Part shown: positions 6,619 to 12,948 of the stretch, one piece after another
How the letters are laid out: each line of letters starts with the position of its first letter
Numbering within the stretch: the first letter of the stretch is position 1
Assembly: GCA_027320085.1 (NCBI GenBank)
Contig: DAHVLZ010000024.1
Coordinates: 1 to 12,948 of the forward strand
DNA: 12,948 bases
Source: Pseudomonadota bacterium
GTDB lineage: Bacteria; Pseudomonadota; Gammaproteobacteria; JAKAQQ01
Direction of reading: 5' to 3'
The notes under the pieces: model-generated
Told to the model about the DNA's origin: nothing
Seen by the model: the letters and a program-made list of their open reading frames with translations, nothing else
Database searches by the model: none
Program-made: the position numbers and the translations under genes

Positions 6619-7116
6619 ATGCGCAAGGCACAATCTGGAATCCTGCTCCTGTCCGTCCTGGTTCTGTCCGGTTGCATCGCAAGCCCGACCTTCCTAAGGC
6701 CTGCCGGAAAGGCGATCCCGCTTTCCCGGGTCCGGTTCTACGTAAAACCACACTGGCCCCACCAGAAGGTGGTGATCGCCCGTCTCTACACGGGCGGATA
6801 TTTGGGCGGATTGAGTTCACTATACGTCGATTGCCGGATTCTCCTCGCACTCCGGAAAGAAGCGGCCCGCATAGGGGCCAATGCCGTTTTGCTGGAAGAC
6901 CCGCCATCAGCCGGGTACACGGGTGGAATGCCTGATGGAGATGGGGATGGAGAAGATGGTGGCGTCGCCAATGGTTACGGAACCATCGGTCCGGGAGCAC
7001 CTGGCTATGGCCCTTATAGGTTCTACCCGGTGTATCGGGCCTTTGCCGCCCAAACAGCCACCCCGGGCAGGAAACATGCTTTTGATGTAAACAGCAGGTT
7101 CTGTCATTTACCCTGA
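6619..7116 (+). CDS. Hypothetical small lipoprotein (YbjQ/UPF0145/RcsF-like fold motif)
   Basis: GGAGG RBS and signal MRKAQSGILLLSVLVLSG-C with an LSGC lipobox. The motif LRKEAARIGANAVLL is typical of YbjQ/RcsF-like dodecin-fold lipoproteins. Gly/Asp-rich linker DGDGDGED. Confidence 0.75.
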   Translation: MRKAQSGILLLSVLVLSGCIASPTFLRPAGKAIPLSRVRFYVKPHWPHQKVVIARLYTGGYLGGLSSLYVDCRILLALRKEAARIGANAVLLEDPPSAGYTGGMPDGDGDGEDGGVANGYGTIGPGAPGYGPYRFYPVYRAFAAQTATPGRKHAFDVNSRFCHLP

Positions 7117-7132
7117 GCAAGAACCGGACCCG

Positions 7133-7244
7133 GGGATCGCGTCCAGCCCGTGTTCGTACGGGTACTCAGGGGAATGGGGTGACGGAACGCTTCATCCGGA
7201 CCCTGAAAGAGCAGCTCTTGTGAATCCGCAGCTTCGACACCGCG
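7133..7244 (+). mobile_element. Degenerate IS3-family (rve integrase core) transposase remnant
   Basis: Reading across two 1-nt deletions (at 7151-52 and 7165-66) gives G-I-A-S-S-P-x-F-V-R-V-x-Q-G-N-G-V-T-E-R-F-I-R-T-L-K-E-Q-L-L-*-I-R-S-F-D-T. This matches the C-terminal DDE motif N...ERF.RTLK.E of IS3/IS481-type integrases. The TGA at 7221-7223 sits where Trp (TGG) is expected. Confidence 0.8.
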
Positions 7245-7352
7245 ACGCCACCCCGTCACCGGCGAGACACCCTGCGCGAGCGGAAACCGCATGGTTTTCG
7301 TGCTGTCCGTGAGCCGCTTCGCAGGCTCCCTCTTCTGCAGGCATCCGACAGT

Positions 7353-8408
7353 TCAGCGATAAAGTCGCTGGATCTCTTCCAGGACAGCGGCTCCCGGGCA
7401 AAGTTCCGCATAGGGCAGATCACGCAGCGGTCCGCTCACGGTGTCGTTCAGGGCGTGAAACTCTTCCTGATCCTCGTTGATGTAAAGGAGCCCGGTCACG
7501 ATTTCGCCACCGGTTCGACGTTCCTGGATGTACTGATAAGCCTCCTCGCGGTTGACGGGGTTGTAATCTTTCGATACTTTTTTCAGAATCACTGTGCTCC
7601 CGTCATGCAGTTTCACCGGAATGGCCTCTCCCCCGGCGGAGACCGCTTGAATGGGGATTTTCCGGGGTACAAAATCGGCTTGGGCAGCCGGACGACCAAA
7701 GTGTCTCGTATGGGCGTAGCTCTTGGTGGAGCCCTCGTGATCATTGAAGGTGACACAGGGCGAAAGCACGTCCAGAAGCGCGAAACCATTGTGCATCAGG
7801 CCCGCCTTGATCAACGGCACGAGCTGGTCCTTGTCTCCGGAAAAACCGCGTGCAACGAAAGTGCCGCCCAGCGCGAGCGCGAGGGTCACCGGGTCGATGG
7901 GGGGTTGGCGGTTGACTTCCCCTTTTTTTGCCTTGCTTCCCATATCCGCCGAGGCGGAAAACTGCCCCTTCGTGAGACCGTAGACGCCGTTGTTCTCGAT
8001 GAGATACAGCATGTTGATATTACGCCGCAAAGCGTGGGCAAACTGCCCCAAGCCAATGGACAGCGAGTCACCGTCCCCGGATATGCCGATGTAATAGAGG
8101 TCGCGGTTGGCGGCATTGGCGCCGGTCGCGATGGAGGGCATGCGTCCGTGCACCGCATTGATCCCGTGGGCACCCTCCACGAAATATGCCGGTGTCTTGG
8201 AGGAGCATCCGATTCCGCTCATCTTGACGATCAAGTGTGGCTGAATGTTCAGTTCCCAGATGGCCTGGATGAGTGCGGCGGTCACGGAATCGTGTCCGCA
8301 CCCGGCACACAGCGTGGACATGCTGCCTTCATAGTCGCGGATCGAAAGACCCAGCTCGTTCCGTGGCAGGCCGGAGTGGCTGACTTTTGGTTTTTGCATG
8401 AAACTCAT
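7353..8408 (-). CDS. korB: 2-oxoacid (probably 2-oxoglutarate):ferredoxin oxidoreductase beta subunit
   Basis: LCAGCGHDS, SGIGCSSK, HGRMPS, TPP-binding GDGD...ENNGVYGLTKGQ, and SPCVTFN. Its ATG overlaps the korA stop (ATGA). Confidence 0.93.
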   Translation of the reverse strand: MSFMQKPKVSHSGLPRNELGLSIRDYEGSMSTLCAGCGHDSVTAALIQAIWELNIQPHLIVKMSGIGCSSKTPAYFVEGAHGINAVHGRMPSIATGANAANRDLYYIGISGDGDSLSIGLGQFAHALRRNINMLYLIENNGVYGLTKGQFSASADMGSKAKKGEVNRQPPIDPVTLALALGGTFVARGFSGDKDQLVPLIKAGLMHNGFALLDVLSPCVTFNDHEGSTKSYAHTRHFGRPAAQADFVPRKIPIQAVSAGGEAIPVKLHDGSTVILKKVSKDYNPVNREEAYQYIQERRTGGEIVTGLLYINEDQEEFHALNDTVSGPLRDLPYAELCPGAAVLEEIQRLYR

Positions 8409-10210
8409 GCGGCCTCCCCTGCTTCGAGAGCGACGCGGATTCCGGAGACAATAAAACGCGAGTCGATGGGCATGCCCCCGTAATGGAGGATCGAAGTGAG
8501 CCGGTTCCGGTCCGCACCTGTTTCCAGGAGCAACAGGGATTTGAGCTGGGCATCGCGGTTCTGTTCCACCACAAAAACCCGGGTGTGCTGCTCGAGGAAT
8601 TTCCCGACTTCGGAACTGAACGGGAAGCTCCGTACCCGGAGGTAGTTCAGTTCAATCCCCTCGCGGGCCAGTCGGTCGAGCGCCTCGAGTACGGCCGCAT
8701 CGCAGCTGCCGACGGAGATCACCCCGGTCGTCAGGCCATCCTTTCTGCGCACGGCCGGCGCCGGAACCAGTGTTTTCGCATGGTCATGCTTCCGCTTCAG
8801 ACGATCCAGAACCTCCTGATATTCGGCAGCATCTTCGGTGTAGGTCCCGCGGGCGCTGTGGCCGGAACCACGGGTGAAATACGCGCCGGCAGGGTGGACA
8901 CCGGGCAGGGTACGCTGCGCAATGCCATCCCCATCGCGATCCGTATACCGGTGGAAGTGCGGCCTGTCGCGCAACTCGCCGGGCGTACACACCTTGCCGC
9001 GATCCGGCATCCGGCGATCATCCCAGGAGAGCTTCGGCACCATCCAGTCATTCATGCCGATATCGAGGTCGGACAACACCATCACCGGCGTCTGCAGTCG
9101 CTCGGCAAGGTCAAAAGCCGCAACCGCCATGGAAAAGCATTCCGCCGGGTCTGCCGGGAACAGCAGAACATGACGGGTATCGCCGTGGGAGGCATAGGCC
9201 GCAAGCAAAAGATCCGCCTGCTGGGTACGCGTGGGCATCCCCGTGGAAGGGCCGGCACGCTGCACGTCGAAGATCACTGCCGGGATTTCCGCGTAATAGC
9301 CAAAGCCCAGAAACTCGTTCATGAGCGAAAGACCCGGTCCACTGGTCGACGTGAAGGCGCGCGCACCATTCCAGCCCGCACCGAGCACCATCCCGATGGC
9401 CGCCAGCTCATCCTCCGCCTGGGCAATGCAGTAGCGCCGCTGCCCGCTAACCGGATCCTTGCGGTAGCGATCGCAGAAATCCTTGAAGGCATCCATCAGC
9501 GAGGTTGAAGGCGTGATCGGATACCAGGCGCCGATGGTGGCACCCGCATAGACACATCCCAGCGCAGCCAGGGTGTTGCCATCGGCCAGGATATAGTCGG
9601 CGGTTGCGTTCATCCGTTCGAGCCGGATCGGCAGCGGGCAGTGGAAATGCCGGGTTGCGTACTGGTATCCCAGCTCGACCGCTCGGAGATTGTCAGCGAC
9701 GAGCTTGGGTTTGTCGGCATAGATCTCCGTGAGCAGGGTTTCCAGCACACCGGGCTCCAGAGCCAGAAGGGCCGCCAATGCACCCACATAACAGATATTT
9801 TTCATGAGAATACGTGCGCGCGGACTGGTGAACGCTTCATTCACCAGTTTTGCCAGGGGAATCCCGATGAGAGTGACGTCCTCGCGCGCGAACTCCGCCT
9901 CGCGGGGCCAGGTGGAATCGTAAAGGAAGTAGCCGCCGGAACGGACCTCCGCGAGATCACGGGCATAGGTCTGGGCATTCATCGCCACCAGGAGATCCAC
10001 ATCACCCGAGCGGGCGAGATGACCGTCACGGCTCACACGGACCTCGTACCAGGTGGGCAATCCCTGGATATTGGAAGGGAAGAAATTCTTCCCCACAACC
10101 GGAATCCCCATCCGGAAAATCGCTTTCATCAACAGCCCGTTGGCGCTGGCCGAGCCGGTGCCATTCACGTTCGCGATCTTGATGACAAAGTCGTTCACGT
10201 GTGCGCTCAT
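8405..10210 (-). CDS. korA: 2-oxoacid (probably 2-oxoglutarate):ferredoxin oxidoreductase alpha subunit with N-terminal gamma domain
   Basis: ANVNGTGSASAN gamma domain, WYPITPSTS, AEDELAA, TSGPGLSLM, QRAGPSTGMPTR, VVEQNRDAQL. The start is placed at ATG 10210 (MSAHVNDF), 4 nt after the upstream stop. Confidence 0.93.
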   Translation of the reverse strand: MSAHVNDFVIKIANVNGTGSASANGLLMKAIFRMGIPVVGKNFFPSNIQGLPTWYEVRVSRDGHLARSGDVDLLVAMNAQTYARDLAEVRSGGYFLYDSTWPREAEFAREDVTLIGIPLAKLVNEAFTSPRARILMKNICYVGALAALLALEPGVLETLLTEIYADKPKLVADNLRAVELGYQYATRHFHCPLPIRLERMNATADYILADGNTLAALGCVYAGATIGAWYPITPSTSLMDAFKDFCDRYRKDPVSGQRRYCIAQAEDELAAIGMVLGAGWNGARAFTSTSGPGLSLMNEFLGFGYYAEIPAVIFDVQRAGPSTGMPTRTQQADLLLAAYASHGDTRHVLLFPADPAECFSMAVAAFDLAERLQTPVMVLSDLDIGMNDWMVPKLSWDDRRMPDRGKVCTPGELRDRPHFHRYTDRDGDGIAQRTLPGVHPAGAYFTRGSGHSARGTYTEDAAEYQEVLDRLKRKHDHAKTLVPAPAVRRKDGLTTGVISVGSCDAAVLEALDRLAREGIELNYLRVRSFPFSSEVGKFLEQHTRVFVVEQNRDAQLKSLLLLETGADRNRLTSILHYGGMPIDSRFIVSGIRVALEAGEAA

Positions 10211-10214
10211 GCGT

Positions 10215-11993
10215 TCACCGGCCCTGCGTATCGAACGCATAAGGAATCTTCACGGAAGACTTCTGCATGTCCCATGCGGCAGTCGGGCAGCGTTCCGCAC
10301 AGAGACCGCAGTGCACACACTGGTCCTCATCCTTCACCATCACGCGGCCGGTCTGCGTCAAGGGCTCCGAAACGAACAGCGGCTGTGCGCGATTGTTGGC
10401 CGGGGCTTTGAGACGTCCACGCAAATCCTCCTCCTCCCCATTGACGGCCAGAGTGAGACAGGCGGTGGGGCAAACGTCTATACAGGCGTCACATTCGATG
10501 CATTTCGGCGCGAAGAAAACCGTCTGGATATCACAGTTGAGACAGCGCTCGACCTCCACCTGGGTCTGTTCGGCTGTAAACCCCATCTCGACCTCGATCC
10601 TGATGTCCTTGAAGCGCTCCGCAAGACCCACATGCGGCACCTTGCGTCGCCCCGAAGCGTCATAACGGTTGCTGTAACTCCACTCGTGGATGCCCATCTT
10701 GGTGCTGGCCAGATGCATGCCGATGGGAGGGCGCACACTGATGTCCTCGCCCTGGCAGTATCGATGGATGGAGATGGCGGCCTGGTGTCCGTGCTCGACG
10801 GCCCAGATGATATTCTCCGGGCCGAATGCGGCATCACCGCCAAAAAACACGCCCAAGCGCGTGCTCTGCATGGTCTTGCGGTCCACCCGCGGCACGTCCC
10901 ACTGGTCGAATTCAAGCCCGATATCGCGTTCGATCCACGGAAAGGCGTTTTCCTGACCAATGGCCAGAATGATATCGTCGGCCGGGAAAAACCCGGATCC
11001 GAGTACCGATGATCTGAGCGCACCGTCGCGCTCGTGGTATTCCAGCACATCGAAGTTCATGCCCTGAACCCGGTTGCCCGCCAGGACAAAATCCTTGGGT
11101 GCGTGACACGGGATGATCTCGATGCTCTCCTCCAGGGCTTCTTCCATTTCCCAATCGGAGGCCTTGAGCTGGGTGAGTGGTTTGCGGGCCATCACCTTGA
11201 CATCGGTCGCACCCAGCCGGAGCGAGGTACGGCAACAGTCCATGGCCGTATTGCCCGCCCCGATGATGAGTACCTTCCGGCCGATCGCGGTGACATGCCC
11301 AAACGCCACGGACTCGAGCCAGTCAATCCCGATATGCACATGCGCAGGATCATCATAGCGGCCGGGGATGTCGAGATTCTTGCCACGGGGTGCCCCACTG
11401 CCCACGAATACCGCATCAAAACCGCGCTCAAGCAACGCCTTCATGCTGGTGATGGGCGTGCCCAGCAGCAGTTCCACCCCCCGATCGGTGATCAGGCGAA
11501 TTTCCTCGCTGAGCACCTCGGTCGGCAGGCGGAAAGCGGGGATATTGGTCCGCATGAGGCCGCCCGGCTCATGCTGTTTCTCGAAAATCGTGACTTCATA
11601 GCCGAGTGGCAGAAGATCGTTGGCAACGGTGAGCGAAGCGCAACCCGCACCCACACAGGCGATGCGCTTGCCATTTTTCCGGGTGGGTACCGGTGGTAAA
11701 TGGGGGGCGATTTCATCCTTCAGATCTGCGGCCACACGCTTCAGCCGGCAGATGGCCACGGGCTTCTCGTCCACCCGGCCCCGGCGGCAGGCGGGTTCGC
11801 AGGGACGGTCGCAAACGCGTCCCAGAATGCCGGGGAACACGTTGGACTCCCGGTTGAGCAGGTAGGCTTCCGTGAAACGGCCCTGTGCGATCAGGCGGAT
11901 GTACTCGGGAACATCGGTGTGGGCCGGGCAGGCCCATTGGCAGTCCACGACCCGGTGAAAGTGGTCGGGATTAGATACATCCGTTGGCTTCAA
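10215..11993 (-). CDS. GltD-like FAD/NAD(P)H oxidoreductase with N-terminal Fe-S clusters and C-terminal 2[4Fe-4S] ferredoxin domain (KorC-like)
   Basis: CQWACPAH and GRVCDRPCEPAC (GltD/DPD-type clusters). Rossmann motifs VGAGCAS and IGAGNTAMD, plus FFGGD. C-terminal RCLNC, CIECDACIDVCP and CVHCGLCAERCP. The start is placed at TTG 11993 (MKPTDVSNP) with GGGAG 6 nt upstream. Confidence 0.9.
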   Translation of the reverse strand: MKPTDVSNPDHFHRVVDCQWACPAHTDVPEYIRLIAQGRFTEAYLLNRESNVFPGILGRVCDRPCEPACRRGRVDEKPVAICRLKRVAADLKDEIAPHLPPVPTRKNGKRIACVGAGCASLTVANDLLPLGYEVTIFEKQHEPGGLMRTNIPAFRLPTEVLSEEIRLITDRGVELLLGTPITSMKALLERGFDAVFVGSGAPRGKNLDIPGRYDDPAHVHIGIDWLESVAFGHVTAIGRKVLIIGAGNTAMDCCRTSLRLGATDVKVMARKPLTQLKASDWEMEEALEESIEIIPCHAPKDFVLAGNRVQGMNFDVLEYHERDGALRSSVLGSGFFPADDIILAIGQENAFPWIERDIGLEFDQWDVPRVDRKTMQSTRLGVFFGGDAAFGPENIIWAVEHGHQAAISIHRYCQGEDISVRPPIGMHLASTKMGIHEWSYSNRYDASGRRKVPHVGLAERFKDIRIEVEMGFTAEQTQVEVERCLNCDIQTVFFAPKCIECDACIDVCPTACLTLAVNGEEEDLRGRLKAPANNRAQPLFVSEPLTQTGRVMVKDEDQCVHCGLCAERCPTAAWDMQKSSVKIPYAFDTQGR

Positions 11994-12067
11994 CAACCGC
12001 TCCCACAGCAGACCCGCGAGCCTCGCGCAACCCACTGCTTGTGTTCTGAGGGGCGCTCAACGCGGGT

Positions 12068-12097
12068 ATAGTACTATTTGCCACGCATTCTGGCAAA
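12068..12097 (-). promoter_or_regulatory. Sigma70 promoter of the korCAB-like operon with an overlapping inverted repeat
   Basis: On the minus strand, TTGCCA (12096-12091) is followed by 17 bp and then TACTAT (12073-12068). A perfect TTTGCCA-N7-TGGCAAA dyad (12077-12097) covers the -35 and spacer. Confidence 0.7.
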
Positions 12098-12335
12098 GAG
12101 CACTCCTCCTACTTACGATGTCAAGTGTGTTGGGTTGAACCGCGGTGGGATGCGGGCTCAAGCCTATCAGGTGGCCTGGTGGGTGAACACGGCGGAGGTG
12201 AATGACCGAAAAACCCGGATCGATCGCCCAGAACCTCGCCGCACCCTGCACCCCCGAAAACATGAAGGTCCGGGGCCCCAATATCTCCGGGAGAATCACG
12301 AGCCGGGGGACACAGATGGCCCCCCGGACCGCGGC

Positions 12336-12948
12336 CTAACCTTGTGGATTCCCCATCCGCCTCCGCCGGATCCAGCCCATGAGACTCCAAAACCCGGCAA
12401 GGATCCCAAACGCCAAGGGTGAAAACCCGCCCCCGCCTCCGTTCGCCGGCGGCTCGACAACGTTCACCGCAAACTGCCCCCGACCAGCCTGCCCGTAACT
12501 ATCGCTCACCGTCACCATCACTGTGGCTACCCCAGCCTGGTCCGGCGCCGGTATGAGCGTCAGCACGCATCTCCCTGCCATCGTGCAACCCGTCAGCCCC
12601 ACGAGAATGCCGGTTGACGGAAGCAGCGTCGGATTGGAACTCGTGGCCGTGACCATGAGCGGACCCATGCCCGTAAGCGTCAGGGTCACCTGACCCGTGT
12701 GCGGCTGCTCGATCGAAACCGGCGCAGCACCACCCACCGTGGGCGGCACAGCCACCGTCACAACCACCGTCTTCTTCACCGTATCCCCAAAGGCATCGCT
12801 CGCCGTGACCGTCACATTGGAGGTCCCCGCCTTGCTCCCCGAGGCCAGCTTGAGCGTGCAGTCCAGATCAGCCTCCGTCGTCCCGCAGCCCGAGGAGACC
12901 GTCACATTCGAGACCGGAAGTACCGCCGGGTCGCTACTGGCCACAGTC
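12336..12948 (-). CDS. C-terminal part of a secreted Ig/cadherin-like repeat protein with a GlyGly-CTERM sorting signal (runs off the right edge)
   Basis: The frame is open to the window edge. Two Thr/Val-rich repeats (SSDPAVLP...CTLKL...GTSNVTVTASDAFG and SSNPTLLP...CVLTL...GVATVMVTVSDSYG). C-terminus GGGGGFSPLAFGILAGFWSLMGWIRRRR is a Gly run, then a hydrophobic helix, then an Arg cluster. Confidence 0.85.
   Translation of the reverse strand, partial: TVASSDPAVLPVSNVTVSSGCGTTEADLDCTLKLASGSKAGTSNVTVTASDAFGDTVKKTVVVTVAVPPTVGGAAPVSIEQPHTGQVTLTLTGMGPLMVTATSSNPTLLPSTGILVGLTGCTMAGRCVLTLIPAPDQAGVATVMVTVSDSYGQAGRGQFAVNVVEPPANGGGGGFSPLAFGILAGFWSLMGWIRRRRMGNPQG

Noticed and set aside
12303-12327. CCGGGGG...CCCCCGG hairpin after the GlyGly-CTERM gene stop, plus similar hairpins at 1925-1947 and about 6215-6234
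   Set aside because: None has a U-tract, so they are not called as intrinsic terminators. Short GC stems are common at this base composition.
12202-12339. 45-codon plus-strand ORF (MTEKPGSIAQNL...) preceded by GGAGGTGA
   Set aside because: GGAGG is only 3 nt from the ATG, and I saw no recognisable motif or promoter. It cannot be supported without ribosome profiling.
1-12948. CRISPR array, riboswitch, prophage or defence genes
   Set aside because: I saw no regularly spaced direct repeats, recognisable riboswitch consensus, or phage/defence protein motifs. An Rfam scan would be needed to exclude ncRNAs in 6206-6618 and 12127-12335.

Overview
GC-rich bacterial DNA, probably from a gammaproteobacterium (inferred from the tRNA-Leu-tig linkage and a GlyGly-CTERM tail) and plausibly an acidophilic sulfur oxidiser. 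From left to right: (1) the 5' half of trigger factor (tig), tRNA-Leu(TAG), an orphan basic lipoprotein and acylphosphatase, all on the minus strand; (2) a compact sulfur module in which a CysL/YeiE-type LysR regulator is transcribed divergently from an apparent operon of an exported single-Cys DsrE-family protein, a ModA-like periplasmic oxyanion-binding protein with no permease, and a fused DoxD-DoxA thiosulfate:quinone oxidoreductase; (3) a lower-GC patch holding a small lipoprotein between degenerate transposase fragments (IS3-like on the right, possibly IS256-like on the left); (4) a minus-strand operon of a GltD-like FAD/Fe-S subunit plus 2-oxoacid:ferredoxin oxidoreductase alpha and beta (korCAB-like), with a clear sigma70 promoter overlapped by an inverted repeat; (5) the C-terminus of a secreted protein with Ig-like repeats and a GlyGly-CTERM anchor. 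The best candidate for an undescribed system is the LysR/DsrE/SBP/DoxDA unit, a possible periplasmic thiosulfate capture, oxidation and tetrathionate hand-off module. All assignments come from motif recognition by eye, and no searches were run.
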